Below are positions 41,112 to 62,885 of a stretch of 64,000 nt of DNA, piece by piece (the first letter of the stretch is position 1; each line of letters starts with the position of its first letter). The translations under genes and the position numbers were made by a program. The DNA comes from the human T2T-CHM13v2.0 reference genome, Homo sapiens. The notes under the pieces are model-generated. The model ran no database searches. It saw nothing but the letters and a program-made list of their open reading frames with translations, and was not told the origin of the DNA. The DNA lies in the NCBI GenBank assembly GCA_009914755.4, contig CP086569.2, forward strand, positions 30,976,001 to 31,040,000, in the 5' to 3' direction.

Positions 41112-43216
41112 AGATCCATATTTTTTAAATGAAAAAAAATTTCAAAGGTACTCTGCTTGGTACAATAATCAAATGTATAAACTGAGGAATAAAACATAAC
41201 CATGAAACCTACTTATAAGTGCATATGGAAAATACAGAGGATAATTTTTTAAATAACATATTTTGAAAGCCTTAACTAGTAATTTGAAGAGTTGGCATTT
41301 GAAAGGCCAGTATGAATATACCTTCAAAGCAGCAACACAGGTTCCCCATGAGAAAAAGCAAACTCAGGGAAAATAAAACCACAAAGGTTCAATCTCTTCT
41401 GACCTTTGAAAGACACAGCACAGACAGTGGTCCTTAGGACGAAGAGCAGGAGACCCCTAATTCCGTCACCATGGCGATAGGGCATAAACACTGCTGGGTG
41501 AGGGCACAATCCACATTGTGAGGTCCAACTGCTGCCAGGAAGACAGGAGTGCTTTTACATAGACCGAAAGGTCATTGAAGGCTCAGAGTTTTGTTTCAAG
41601 AACTGAATCCCAAGCCCACACGTTATTAGGCTGCGCTTCTTAAAACAAGTTATGAGATGGGAAAAAGGGCACCCACAAACATACGTATACATTATGCATA
41701 TAATAATATACAGTATCATATATATAATATATATAACCTATGTATAATATTGTTTTACATCCTGCATCTTATATTATATATATTGTATGAAATATAATAA
41801 TTGATAATATATAAGTTGTATATTTATACAATATGACATATAGTATATATTATAATTTATGACATATATAATATATGTTATATATCATATATAGAATATA
41901 TTATACGGTTAATATACGTATTAAATATAAATTATACATTATATGTATTATATATAATATATCTGCTATATATAATACCCATTATGCATAATATATATAT
42001 TATGTCTATGTTATGTATAGTATAAAACAACATATAATAATATATAATTGTATATATAAAATGCGACATATAATATATATTATATTTTATGACATCTGTA
42101 ATATATATTATATATTATATATAATACGTTGTATGTATAATACCTATATTAAATATATATTATATGACTATGTTATTAATTACATGTCACATATGTTATA
42201 TATTATATAGTTTACATAGAATATACCGGTTACATACAATATATACTATGTTACCTATAATGTATAATTTATTACATGTAAAATAAAGAATGCAATATAT
42301 TATGTGTAATTTATAATATACAATATGTGGAATGTGATATATATAACATATACTATATGATATATGATATACAGTATATGATATATAACATACAATATAT
42401 GATACCTAATATATATGATATACAATATATATTTTATGATATGTATTCTATATGTTTTATATTCTGTTATATATAACTATTTGAAATTATATATAACTGT
42501 ATAATATTTTATGTAAATATGTAATATAATATATATAACTATATAATATATTATATATAACTATATATTATGTTATATATACTTTTATAACTTAATTTAC
42601 ATAAAATATCATAGTATAATATATATTATATTACTTCATATTACATAATATATATTACATATCACCCAATATAAGTAACATACATAATATTATAATATAC
42701 ATTATATTAGGTTATATTAAACATCATATATATCATGTATCATATATTCTATAATATATATTATACATTATATAATATGCATGTTGTCTATTATGTGATA
42801 TATATAACTATATATATAATTATATTATTATACATATAACTAGATAAACATGTAATTCTACATATTTTCATTTATAATATATAGAATTACATAATCATAT
42901 ATAATTATTTATATTCTATAAAAAATTATATCATTATATAAATTATAATATATAAAAATTATAATATGTACTACAAATATATATATTATATATCATATAT
43001 GATATAGTACCTTTGTTATATATCATAATACATATAAATGTGTATTATGTTATCTATAATTATATAATTTCATATATAAGATGTATAATATTTATTATAT
43101 ATTATATATGTTATGTAATATATATAGTATATATAAGATGACACAGGATAAATATTATATACTATGACATATAAAATATATGAGGTTATATGTTACATAT
43201 AAGGCATAGCACATAA

Positions 43217-43531
<315 letters not shown>

Positions 43532-45636
43532 AGATCCATATTTTTTAAATGAAAAAAAATTTCAAAGGTACTCTGCTTGGTACAATAATCAAATGTATAA
43601 ACTGAGGAATAAAACATAACCATGAAACCTACTTATAAGTGCATATGGAAAATACAGAGGATAATTTTTTAAATAACATATTTTGAAAGCCTTAACTAGT
43701 AATTTGAAGAGTTGGCATTTGAAAGGCCAGTATGAATATACCTTCAAAGCAGCAACACAGGTTCCCCATGAGAAAAAGCAAACTCAGGGAAAATAAAACC
43801 ACAAAGGTTCAATCTCTTCTGACCTTTGAAAGACACAGCACAGACAGTGGTCCTTAGGACGAAGAGCAGGAGACCCCTAATTCCGTCACCATGGCGATAG
43901 GGCATAAACACTGCTGGGTGAGGGCACAATCCACATTGTGAGGTCCAACTGCTGCCAGGAAGACAGGAGTGCTTTTACATAGACCGAAAGGTCATTGAAG
44001 GCTCAGAGTTTTGTTTCAAGAACTGAATCCCAAGCCCACACGTTATTAGGCTGCGCTTCTTAAAACAAGTTATGAGATGGGAAAAAGGGCACCCACAAAC
44101 ATACGTATACATTATGCATATAATAATATACAGTATCATATATATAATATATATAACCTATGTATAATATTGTTTTACATCCTGCATCTTATATTATATA
44201 TATTGTATGAAATATAATAATTGATAATATATAAGTTTTATATTTATACAATATGACATATAGTATATATTATAATTTATGACATATATAATATATGTTA
44301 TATATCATATATAGAATATATTATACGGTTAATATACGTATTAAATATAAATTATACATTATATGTATTATATATAATATATCTGCTATATATAATACCC
44401 ATTATGCATAATATATATATTATGTCTATGTTATGTATAGTATAAAACAACATATAATAATATATAATTGTATATATAAAATGCGACATATAATATATAT
44501 TATATTTTATGACATCTGTAATATATATTATATATTATATATAATACGTTGTATGTATAATACCTATATTAAATATATATTATATGACTATGTTATTAAT
44601 TACATGTCACATATGTTATATATTATATAGTTTACATAGAATATACCGGTTACATACAATATATACTATGTTACCTATAATGTATAATTTATTACATGTA
44701 AAATAAAGAATGCAATATATTATGTGTAATTTATAATATACAATATGTGGAATGTGATATATATAACATATAATATATGATATATGATATACAGTATATG
44801 ATATATAACATATAATATATGATACCTAATATATATGATATACAATATATATTTTATGATATGTATTCTACATGTTTTATATTCTGTTATATATAACTAT
44901 TTGAAATTATATATAACTGTATAATATTTTATGTAAATATGTAATATAATATATATAACTATATAATATATTATATATAACTATATATTATGTTATATAT
45001 ACTTTTATAACTTAATTTACATAAAATATCATAGTATAATATATATTATATTACTTCATATTACATAATATATATTACATATCACCCAATATAAGTAACA
45101 TACATAATATTATAATATACATTATATTAGGTTATATTAAACATCATATATATCATGTATCATATATTCTATAATATATATTATACATTATATAATATGC
45201 ATGTTGTCTATTATGTGATATATATAACTATATATATAATTATATTATTATACATATAACTAGATAAACATGTAATTCTACATATTTTCATTTATAATAT
45301 ATAGAATTACATAATCATATATAATTATTTATATTCTATAAAAAATTATATCATTATATAAATTATAATATATAAAAATTATAATATGTACTACAAATAT
45401 ATATATTATATCTCATATATGATATAGTACCTTTGTTATATATCATAATACATATAAATGTGTATTATGTTATCTATAATTATATAATTTCATATATAAG
45501 ATGTATAATATTTATTATATATTATATATGTTATGTAATATATATAGTATATATAAGATGACACAGGATAAATATTATATACTATGACATATAAAATATA
45601 TGAGGTTATATGTTACATATAAGGCATAGCACATAA

Positions 45637-45951
<315 letters not shown>

Positions 45952-48056
45952 AGATCCATATTTTTTAAATGAAAAAAAATTTCAAAGGTACTCTGCTTGG
46001 TACAATAATCAAATGTATAAACTGAGGAATAAAACATAACCATGAAACCTACTTATAAGTGCATATGGAAAATACAGAGGATAATTTTTTAAATAACATA
46101 TTTTGAAAGCCTTAACTAGTAATTTGAAGAGTTGGCATTTGAAAGGCCAGTATGAATATACCTTCAAAGCAGCAACACAGGTTCCCCATGAGAAAAAGCA
46201 AACTCAGGGAAAATAAAACCACAAAGGTTCAATCTCTTCTGACCTTTGAAAGACACAGCACAGACAGTGGTCCTTAGGACGAAGAGCAGGAGACCCCTAA
46301 TTCCGTCACCATGGCGATAGGGCATAAACACTGCTGGGTGAGGGCACAATCCACATTGTGAGGTCCAACTGCTGCCAGGAAGACAGGAGTGCTTTTACAT
46401 AGACCGAAAGGTCATTGAAGGCTCAGAGTTTTGTTTCAAGAACTGAATCCCAAGCCCACACGTTATTAGGCTGCGCTTCTTAAAACAAGTTATGAGATGG
46501 GAAAAAGGGCACCCACAAACATACGTATACATTATGCATATAATAATATACAGTATCATATATATAATATATATAACCTATGTATAATATTGTTTTACAT
46601 CCTGCATCTTATATTATATATATTGTATGAAATATAATAATTGATAATATATAAGTTGTATATTTATACAATATGACATATAGTATATATTATAATTTAT
46701 GTCATATATAATATATGTTATATATCATATATAGAATATATTATACGGTTAATATACGTATTAAATATAAATTATACATTATATGTATTATATATAATAT
46801 ATCTGCTATATATAATACCCATTATGCATAATATATATATTATGTCTATGTTATGTATAGTATAAAACAACATATAATAATATATAATTGTATATATAAA
46901 ATGCGACATATAATATATATTATATTTTATGACATCTGTAATATATATTATATATTATATATAATACGTTGTATGTATAATACCTATATTAAATATATAT
47001 TATATGACTATGTTATTAATTACATGTCACATATGTTATATATTATATAGTTTACATAGAATATACCGGTTACATACAATATATACTATGTTACCTATAA
47101 TGTATAATTTATTACATGTAAAATAAAGAATGCAATATATTATGTGTAATTTATAATATACAATATGTGGAATGTGATATATATAACATATAATATATGA
47201 TATATGATATACAGTATATGATATATAACATATAATATATGATACCTAATATATATGATATACAATATATATTTTATGATATGTATTCTACATGTTTTAT
47301 ATTCTGTTATATATAACTATTTGAAATTATATATAACTGTATAATATTTTATGTAAATATGTAATATAATATATATAACTATATAATATATTATATATAA
47401 CTATATATTATGTTATATATACTTTTATAACTTAATTTACATAAAATATCATAGTATAATATATATTATATTACTTCATATTACATAATATATATTACAT
47501 ATCACCCAATATAAGTAACATACATAATATTATAATATACATTATATTAGGTTATATTAAACATCATATATATCATGTATCATATATTCTATAATATATA
47601 TTATACATTATATAATATGCATGTTGTCTATTATGTGATATATATAACTATATATATAATTATATTATTATACATATAACTAGATAAACATGTAATTCTA
47701 CATATTTTCATTTATAATATATAGAATTACATAATCATATATAATTATTTATATTCTATAAAAAATTATATCATTATATAAATTATAATATATAAAAATT
47801 ATAATATGTACTACAAATATATATATTATATCTCATATATGATATAGTACCTTTGTTATATATCATAATACATATAAATGTGTATTATGTTATCTATAAT
47901 TATATAATTTCATATATAAGATGTATAATATTTATTATATATTATATATGTTATGTAATATATATAGTATATATAAGATGACACAGGATAAATATTATAT
48001 ACTATGACATATAAAATATATGAGGTTATATGTTACATATAAGGCATAGCACATAA

Positions 48057-48371
<315 letters not shown>

Positions 48372-50496
48372 AGATCCATATTTTTTAAATGAAAAAAAAT
48401 TTCAAAGGTACTCTGCTTGGTACAATAATCAAATGTATAAACTGAGGAGTAAAACATAACCATGAAACCTACTTATAAGTGCATATGGAAAATACAGAGG
48501 ATAATTTTTTAAATCACATATTTTGAAAGCCTTAACTAGTAATTTGAAGAGTTGGCATTTGAAAGGCCAGTATGAATATACCTTCAAAGCAGCAACACAG
48601 GTTCCCCATGAGAAAAAGCAAACTCAGGGAAAATAAAAACACAAAGGTTCAATCTCTTCTGACCTTTGAAAGACACAGCACAGACAGTGGTCCTTAGGAC
48701 GAAGAGCAGGAGACCCCTAATTCCGTCACCATGGCGATAGGGCATAAACACTGCTGGGTGAGGGCACAATCCACATTGTGAGGTCCAACTGCTGCCAGGA
48801 AGACAGGAGTGCTTTTACATAGACCGAAAGGTCATTGAAGGCTCAGAGTTTTGTTTCAAGAACTGAATCCCAAGCCCACACGTTATTAGGCTGCGCTTCT
48901 TAAAACAAGTTATGAGATGGGAAAAAGGGCACCCACAAACATACGTATACATTATGTATATAATAATATACAGTATCATAAATATAATATATATAACCTA
49001 TGTATAATATTGTTTTACATCCTGCATCTTATATTATATATATTGTATAAAATATAATAATTGATAATATATAAGTTTTATATTTATGCAATATGACATA
49101 TAGTATATATTATAATTTATGACATATATAATATATGTTATGTATCATATATAGAATATATTATACGGTTAATATACGTATTAAATATAAATTATACATT
49201 ATATATATTATATATAATATATCTGCTATATATAATACCCATTATGCATAATATATATATTATGTCTATGTTATGTATAGTATAAAACAACATATAATAA
49301 TATATAATTGTATATATAAAATGCGACATATAATATATATTATATTTTATGACATCTGTAATATATATTATATATTATATATAATACGTTGTATGTATAA
49401 TACCTATATTAAATATATATTATATGACTATGTTATTAATTACATGTCACATATGTTATATATTATATAGTTTACATAGAATATACCGGTTATATACAAT
49501 ATATACTATGTTACCTATAATGTATAATTTATTACATGTAAAATAAAGAATGCAATATATTATGTGTAATTTATTATATACAATATGTGGAATGTGATAT
49601 ATATAACATATAATATATGATATATGATATACAGTATATGATATATAACATACAATATATGATACCTAATATATATGATATACAATATATATTTTATGAT
49701 ATGTATTCTATATGTTTTATATTCTGTTATATATAACTATTTGAAATTATATATAACTGTATATTTTATGTAAATATGTAATATAATATATATAACTATA
49801 TAATATATTATATATAACTATATATTATGTTATATATACTTTTATAACTTAATTTACATAAAATATCATAGTATAATATATATTATATTACTTCACATTA
49901 CATAATATATATTACATATCACCCAATATAAGTAACATACATAATATTATAATATACATTATATTATGTTATATTAAATATCATATATATCATGTATCAT
50001 ATATTCTATAATATATATTATACATTATATAATATGCATGTTGTCTATTATGTGATATATATAACTATATATATAATTATATTATTATACATATAACTAG
50101 ATAAACATGTAATTCTACATATTTTCATTTATAATATATAGAATTACATAATCATATATAATTATTTATATTCTATAAAAAATTATATCATTATATAAAT
50201 TATAATATATAAAAATTATAATATGTACTACAAATATATATATTGTATATCATATATGATATAGTACCTTTGTTATATATGATAATACATATAAATGTGT
50301 ATTATGTTATCTATAATTATATAATTTCATATATAAGATGTATAATATTTATTATATATTATATATGTTATGTAATATATATAGTATATATAAGATGACA
50401 CAGGATAAATATTATATACTATGACATATAAAATATATGAGGTTATATGTTACATATAAGGCATAGCACATAACATGTAATATATATCATCTATAA

Positions 50497-50788
<292 letters not shown>

Positions 50789-52893
50789 AGATCCATATTT
50801 TTTAAATGAAAAAAAATTTCAAAGGTACTCTGCTTGGTACAATAATCAAATGTATAAACTGAGGAATAAAACATAACCATGAAACCTACTTATAAGTGCA
50901 TATGGAAAATACAGAGGATAATTTTTTAAATAACATATTTTGAAAGCCTTAACTAGTAATTTGAAGAGTTGGCATTTGAAAGGCCAGTATGAATATACCT
51001 TCAAAGCAGCAACACAGGTTCCCCATGAGAAAAAGCAAACTCAGGGAAAATAAAACCACAAAGGTTCAATCTCTTCTGACCTTTGAAAGACACAGCACAG
51101 ACAGTGGTCCTTAGGACGAAGAGCAGGAGACCCCTAATTCCGTCACCATGGCGATAGGGCATAAACACTGCTGGGTGAGGGCACAATCCACATTGTGAGG
51201 TCCAACTGCTGCCAGGAAGACAGGAGTGCTTTTACATAGACCGAAAGGTCATTGAAGGCTCAGAGTTTTGTTTCAAGAACTGAATCCCAAGCCCACACGT
51301 TATTAGGCTGCGCTTCTTAAAACAAGTTATGAGATGGGAAAAAGGGCACCCACAAACATACGTATACATTATGCATATAATAATATACAGTATCATATAT
51401 ATAATATATATAACCTATGTATAATATTGTTTTACATCCTGCATCTTATATTATATATATTGTATGAAATATAATAATTGATAATATATAAGTTTTATAT
51501 TTATACAATATGACATATAGTATATATTATAATTTATGACATATATAATATATGTTATATATCATATATAGAATATATTATACGGTTAATATACGTATTA
51601 AATATAAATTATACATTATATGTATTATATATAATATATCTGCTATATATAATACCCATTATGCATAATATATATATTATGTCTATGTTATGTATAGTAT
51701 AAAACAACATATAATAATATATAATTGTATATATAAAATGCGACATATAATATATATTATATTTTATGACATCTGTAATATATATTATATATTATATATA
51801 ATACGTTGTATGTATAATACCTATATTAAATATATATTATATGACTATGTTATTAATTACATGTCACATATGTTATATATTATATAGTTTACATAGAATA
51901 TACCGGTTACATACAATATATACTATGTTACCTATAATGTATAATTTATTACATGTAAAATAAAGAATGCAATATATTATGTGTAATTTATAATATACAA
52001 TATGTGGAATGTGATATATATAACATATAATATATGATATATGATATACAGTATATGATATATAACATACAATATATGATACCTAATATATATGATATAC
52101 AATATATATTTTATGATATGTATTCTATATGTTTTATATTCTGTTATATATAACTATTTGAAATTATATATAACTGTATAATATTTTATGTAAATATGTA
52201 ATATAAGATATATAACTATATAATATATTATATATAACTATATATTATGTTATATATACTTTTATAACTTAATTTACATAAAATATCATAGTATAATATA
52301 TATTATATTACTTCATATTACATAATATATATTACATATCACCCAATATAAGTAACATACATAATATTATAATATACATTATATTAGGTTATATTAAACA
52401 TCATATATATCATGTATCATATATTCTATAATATATATTATACATTATATAATATGCATGTTGTCTATTATGTGATATATATAACTATATATATAATTAT
52501 ATTATTATACATATAACTAGATAAACATGTAATTCTACATATTTTCATTTATAATATATAGAATTACATAATCATATATAATTATTTATATTCTATAAAA
52601 AATTATATCATTATATAAATTATAATATACAAAAACTATAATATGTACTACAAATATATATATTATATATCATATATGATATAGTACCTTTGTTATATAT
52701 CATAATACATATAAATGTGTATTATGTTATCTATAATTATATAATTTCATATATAAGATGTATAATATTTATTATATATTATATATGTTATGTAATATAT
52801 ATAGTATATATAAGATGACACAGGATAAATATTATATACTATGACATATAAAATATATGAGGTTATATGTTACATATAAGGCATAGCACATAA

Positions 52894-53208
<315 letters not shown>

Positions 53209-55313
53209 AGATCCATATTTTTTAAATGAAAAAAAATTTCAAAGGTACTCTGCTTGGTACAATAATCAAATGTATAAACTGAGGAATAAAACATAACCAT
53301 GAAACCTACTTATAAGTGCATAAGGAAAATACAGAGGATAATTTTTTAAATAACATATTTTGAAAGCCTTAACTAGTAATTTGAAGAGTTGGCATTTGAA
53401 AGGCCAGTATGAATATACCTTCAAAGCAGCAACACAGGTTCCCCATGAGAAAAAGCAAACTCAGGGAAAATAAAACCACAAAGGTTCAATCTCTTCTGAC
53501 CTTTGAAAGACACAGCACAGACAGTGGTCCTTAGGACGAAGAGCAGGAGACCCCTAATTCCGTCACCATGGCGATAGGGCATAAACACTGCTGGGTGAGG
53601 GCACAATCCACATTGTGAGGTCCAACTGCTGCCAGGAAGACAGGAGTGCTTTTACATAGACCGAAAGGTCATTGAAGGCTCAGAGTTTTGTTTCAAGAAC
53701 TGAATCCCAAGCCCACACGTTATTAGGCTGCGCTTCTTAAAACAAGTTATGAGATGGGAAAAAGGGCACCCACAAACATACGTATACATTATGCATATAA
53801 TAATATACAGTATCATATATATAATATATATAACCTATGTATAATATTGTTTTACATCCTGCATCTTATATTATATATATTGTATGAAATATAATAATTG
53901 ATAATATATAAGTTTTATATTTATACAATATGACATATAGTATATATTATAATATATGACATATATAATATATGTTATATATCATATATAGAATATATTA
54001 TACGGTTAATATACGTATTAAATATAAATTATACATTATATGTATTATATATAATATATCTGCTATATATAATACCCATTATGCATAATATATATATTAT
54101 GTCTATGTTATGTATAGTATAAAACAACATATAATAATATATAATTGTATATATAAAATGCGACATATAATATATATTATATTTTATGACATCTGTAATA
54201 TATATTATATATTATATATAATACGTTGTATGTATAATACCTATATTAAATATATATTATATGACTATGTTATTAATTACATGTCACATATGTTATATAT
54301 TATATAGTTTACATAGAATATACCGGTTACATACAATATATACTATGTTACCTATAATGTATAATTTATTACATGTAAAATAAAGAATGCAATATATTAT
54401 GTGTAATTTATAATATACAATATGTGGAATGTGATATATATAACATATAATATATGATATATGATATACAGTATATGATATATAACATATAATATATGAT
54501 ACCTAATATATATGATATACAATATATATTTTATGATATGTATTCTACATGTTTTATATTCTGTTATATATAACTATTTGAAATTATATATAACTGTATA
54601 ATATTTTATGTAAATATGTAATATAATATATATAACTATATAATATATTATATATAACTATATATTATGTTATATATACTTTTATAACTTAATTTACATA
54701 AAATATCATAGTATAATATATATTATATTACTTCATATTACATAATATATATTACATATCACCCAATATAAGTAACATACATAATATTATAATATACATT
54801 ATATTAGGTTATATTAAACATCATATATATCATGTATCATATATTCTATAATATATATTATACATTATATAATATGCATGTTGTCTATTATGTGATATAT
54901 ATAACTATATATATAATTATATTATTATACATATAACTAGATAAACATGTAATTCTACATATTTTCATTTATAATATATAGAATTACATAATCATATATA
55001 ATTATTTATATTCTATAAAAAATTATATCATTATATAAATTATAATATATAAAAATTATAATATGTACTACAAATATATATATTATATCTCATATATGAT
55101 ATAGTACCTTTGTTATATATCATAATACATATAAATGTGTATTATGTTATCTATAATTATATAATTTCATATATAAGATGTATAATATTTATTATATATT
55201 ATATATGTTATGTAATATATATAGTATATATAAGATGACACAGGATAAATATTATATACTATGACATATAAAATATATGAGGTTATATGTTACATATAAG
55301 GCATAGCACATAA

Positions 55314-55628
<315 letters not shown>

Positions 55629-57753
55629 AGATCCATATTTTTTAAATGAAAAAAAATTTCAAAGGTACTCTGCTTGGTACAATAATCAAATGTATAAACT
55701 GAGGAGTAAAACATAACCATGAAACCTACTTATAAGTGCATATGGAAAATACAGAGGATAATTTTTTAAATCACATATTTTGAAAGCCTTAACTAGTAAT
55801 TTGAAGAGTTGGCATTTGAAAGGCCAGTATGAATATACCTTCAAAGCAGCAACACAGGTTCCCCATGAGAAAAAGCAAACTCAGGGAAAATAAAAACACA
55901 AAGGTTCAATCTCTTCTGACCTTTGAAAGACACAGCACAGACAGTGGTCCTTAGGACGAAGAGCAGGAGACCCCTAATTCCGTCACCATGGCGATAGGGC
56001 ATAAACACTGCTGGGTGAGGGCACAATCCACATTGTGAGGTCCAACTGCTGCCAGGAAGACAGGAGTGCTTTTACATAGACCGAAAGGTCATTGAAGGCT
56101 CAGAGTTTTGTTTCAAGAACTGAATCCCAAGCCCACACGTTATTAGGCTGCGCTTCTTAAAACAAGTTATGAGATGGGAAAAAGGGCACCCACAAACATA
56201 CGTATACATTATGTATATAATAATATACAGTATCATAAATATAATATATATAACCTATGTATAATATTGTTTTACATCCTGCATCTTATATTATATATAT
56301 TGTATAAAATATAATAATTGATAATATATAAGTTTTATATTTATGCAATATGACATATAGTATATATTATAATTTATGACATATATAATATATGTTATAT
56401 ATCATATATAGAATATATTATACGGTTAATATACGTATTAAATATAAATTATACATTATATATATTATATATAATATATCTGCTATATATAATACCCATT
56501 ATGCATAATATATATATTATGTCTATGTTATGTATAGTATAAAACAACATATAATAATATATAATTGTATATATAAAATGCGACATATAATATATATTAT
56601 ATTTTATGACATCTGTAATATATATTATATATTATATATAATACGTTGTATGTATAATACCTATATTAAATATATATTATATGACTATGTTATTAATTAC
56701 ATGTCACATATGTTATATATTATATAGTTTACATAGAATATACCGGTTATATACAATATATACTATGTTACCTATAATGTATAATTTATTACATGTAAAA
56801 TAAAGAATGCAATATATTATGTGTAATTTATTATATACAATATGTGGAATGTGATATATATAACATATAATATATGATATATGATATACAGTATATGATA
56901 TATAACATACAATATATGATACCTAATATATATGATATACAATATATATTTTATGATATGTATTCTATATGTTTTATATTCTGTTATATATAACTATTTG
57001 AAATTATATATAACTGTATATTTTATGTAAATATGTAATATAATATATATAACTATATAATATATTATATATAACTATATATTATGTTATATATACTTTT
57101 ATAACTTAATTTACATAAAATATCATAGTATAATATATATTATATTACTTCACATTACATAATATATATTACATATCACCCAATATAAGTAACATACATA
57201 ATATTATAATATACATTATATTATGTTATATTAAATATCATATATATCATGTATCATATATTCTATAATATATATTATACATTATATAATATGCATGTTG
57301 TCTATTATGTGATATATATAACTATATATATAATTATATTATTATACATATAACTAGATAAACATGTAATTCTACATATTTTCATTTATAATATATAGAA
57401 TTACATAATCATATATAATTATTTATATTCTATAAAAAATTATATCATTATATAAATTATAATATATAAAAATTATAATATGTACTACAAATATATATAT
57501 TGTATATCATATATGATATAGTACCTTTGTTATATATGATAATACATATAAATGTGTATTATGTTATCTATAATTATATAATTTCATATATAAGATGTAT
57601 AATATTTATTATATATTATATATGTTATGTAATATATATAGTATATATAAGATGACACAGGATAAATATTATATACTATGACATATAAAATATATGAGGT
57701 TATATGTTACATATAAGGCATAGCACATAACATGTAATATATATCATCTATAA

Positions 57754-58045
<292 letters not shown>

Positions 58046-60150
58046 AGATCCATATTTTTTAAATGAAAAAAAATTTCAAAGGTACTCTGCTTGGTACAAT
58101 AATCAAATGTATAAACTGAGGAATAAAACATAACCATGAAACCTACTTATAAGTGCATATGGAAAATACAGAGGATAATTTTTTAAATAACATATTTTGA
58201 AAGCCTTAACTAGTAATTTGAAGAGTTGGCATTTGAAAGGCCAGTATGAATATACCTTCAAAGCAGCAACACAGGTTCCCCATGAGAAAAAGCAAACTCA
58301 GGGAAAATAAAACCACAAAGGTTCAATCTCTTCTGACCTTTGAAAGACACAGCACAGACAGTGGTCCTTAGGACGAAGAGCAGGAGACCCCTAATTCCGT
58401 CACCATGGCGATAGGGCATAAACACTGCTGGGTGAGGGCACAATCCACATTGTGAGGTCCAACTGCTGCCAGGAAGACAGGAGTGCTTTTACATAGACCG
58501 AAAGGTCATTGAAGGCTCAGAGTTTTGTTTCAAGAACTGAATCCCAAGCCCACACGTTATTAGGCTGCGCTTCTTAAAACAAGTTATGAGATGGGAAAAA
58601 GGGCACCCACAAACATACGTATACATTATGTATATAATAATATACAGTATCATATATATAATATATATAACCTATGTATAATATTGTTTTACATCTTGCA
58701 ACTTATATTATATATATTGTATGAAATATAATAATTGATAATATATAAGTTTTATATTTATACAATATGACATATAGTATATATTATAATTTATGACATA
58801 TATAATATATGTTATATATCATATATAGAATATATTATACGGTTAATATACGTATTAAATATAAATTATACATTATATGTATTATATATAATATATCTGC
58901 TATATATAATACCCATTATGCATAATATATATATTATGTCTATGTTATGTATAGTATAAAACAACATATAATAATATATAATTGTATATATAAAATGCGA
59001 CATATAATATATATTATATTTTATGACATCTGTAATATATATTATATATTATATATAATACGTTGTATGTATAATACCTATATTAAATATATATTATATG
59101 ACTATGTTATTAATTACATGTCACATATGTTATATATTATATATTTTACATAGAATATACCGGTTACATACAATATATACTACGTTACCTATAATGTATA
59201 ATTTATTACATGTAAAATAAAGAATGCAATATATTATGTGTAATTTATAATATACAATATGTGGAATGTGATATATATAACATATAATATTTGATATATG
59301 ATATACAGTATATGATATATAACATACAATATATGATACCTAATATATATGGTATACAATATATATTTTATGATATGTATTCTATATGTTTTATATTCTG
59401 TTATATATAACTATTTGAAATTATATATAACTGTATAATATTTTATGTAAATATGTAATATAATATATATAACTATATAATATATTATATATAACTATAT
59501 ATTATGTTATATATACTTTTATATCTTAATTTACATAAAATATCATAGTATAATATATATTATATTACTTCATATTACATAATATATATTACATATCACC
59601 CAATATAAGTAACATACATAATATTATAATATACATTATATTAGGTTATATTAAACATCATATATATCATGTATCATATATTCTATAATATATATTATAC
59701 ATTATATAATATGCATGTTGTCTATTATGTGATATATATAACTATATATATAATTATATTATTATACATATAACTAGATAAACATGTAATTCTACATATT
59801 TTCATTTATAATATATAGAATTACATAATCATATATAATTATTTATATTCTATAAAAAATTATATCATTATATAAATTATAATATACAAAAACTATAATA
59901 TGTACTACAAATATATATATTATATATCATATATGATATAGTACCTTTGTTATATATCATAATACATATAAATGTGTATTATGTTATCTATAATTATATA
60001 ATTTCATATATAAGATGTATAATATTTATTATATATTATATATGTTATGTAATATATATAGTATATATAAGATGACACAGGATAAATATTATATACTATG
60101 ACATATAAAATATATGAGGTTATATGTTACATATAAGGCATAGCACATAA

Positions 60151-60465
<315 letters not shown>

Positions 60466-62570
60466 AGATCCATATTTTTTAAATGAAAAAAAATTTCAAA
60501 GGTACTCTGCTTGGTACAATAATCAAATGTATAAACTGAGGAATAAAACATAACCATGAAACCTACTTATAAGTGCATAAGGAAAATACAGAGGATAATT
60601 TTTTAAATAACATATTTTGAAAGCCTTAACTAGTAATTTGAAGAGTTGGCATTTGAAAGGCCAGTATGAATATACCTTCAAAGCAGCAACACAGGTTCCC
60701 CATGAGAAAAAGCAAACTCAGGGAAAATAAAACCACAAAGGTTCAATCTCTTCTGACCTTTGAAAGACACAGCACAGACAGTGGTCCTTAGGACGAAGAG
60801 CAGGAGACCCCTAATTCCGTCACCATGGCGATAGGGCATAAACACTGCTGGGTGAGGGCACAATCCACATTGTGAGGTCCAACTGCTGCCAGGAAGACAG
60901 GAGTGCTTTTACATAGACCGAAAGGTCATTGAAGGCTCAGAGTTTTGTTTCAAGAACTGAATCCCAAGCCCACACGTTATTAGGCTGCGCTTCTTAAAAC
61001 AAGTTATGAGATGGGAAAAAGGGCACCCACAAACATACGTATACATTATGCATATAATAATATACAGTATCATATATATAATATATATAACCTATGTATA
61101 ATATTGTTTTACATCCTGCATCTTATATTATATATATTGTATGAAATATAATAATTGATAATATATAAGTTTTATATTTATACAATATGACATATAGTAT
61201 ATATTATAATATATGACATATATAATATATGTTATATATCATATATAGAATATATTATACGGTTAATATACGTATTAAATATAAATTATACATTATATGT
61301 ATTATATATAATATATCTGCTATATATAATACCCATTATGCATAATATATATATTATGTCTATGTTATGTATAGTATAAAACAACATATAATAATATATA
61401 ATTGTATATATAAAATGCGACATATAATATATATTATATTTTATGACATCTGTAATATATATTATATATTATATATAATACGTTGTATGTATAATACCTA
61501 TATTAAATATATATTATATGACTATGTTATTAATTACATGTCACATATGTTATATATTATATAGTTTACATAGAATATACCGGTTACATACAATATATAC
61601 TACGTTACCTATAATGTATAATTTATTACATGTAAAATAAAGAATGCAATATATTATGTGTAATTTATAATATACAATATGTGGAATGTGATATATATAA
61701 CATATAATATATGATATATGATATACAGTATATGATATATAACATATAATATATGATACCTAATATATATGATATACAATATATATTTTATGATATGTAT
61801 TCTACATGTTTTATATTCTGTTATATATAACTATTTGAAATTATATATAACTGTATAATATTTTATGTAAATATGTAATATAATATATATAACTATATAA
61901 TATATTATATATAACTATATATTATGTTATATATACTTTTATAACTTAATTTACATAAAATATCATAGTATAATATATATTATATTACTTCATATTACAT
62001 AATATATATTACATATCACCCAATATAAGTAACATACATAATATTATAATATACATTATATTAGGTTATATTAAACATCATATATATCATGTATCATATA
62101 TTCTATAATATATATTATACATTATATAATATGCATGTTGTCTATTATGTGATATATATAACTATATATATAATTATATTATTATACATATAACTAGATA
62201 AACATGTAATTCTACATATTTTCATTTATAATATATAGAATTACATAATCATATATAATTATTTATATTCTATAAAAAATTATATCATTATATAAATTAT
62301 AATATATAAAAATTATAATATGTACTACAAATATATATATTATATCTCATATATGATATAGTACCTTTGTTATATATCATAATACATATAAATGTGTATT
62401 ATGTTATCTATAATTATATAATTTCATATATAAGATGTATAATATTTATTATATATTATATATGTTATGTAATATATATAGTATATATAAGATGACACAG
62501 GATAAATATTATATACTATGACATATAAAATATATGAGGTTATATGTTACATATAAGGCATAGCACATAA

Positions 62571-62885
<315 letters not shown>
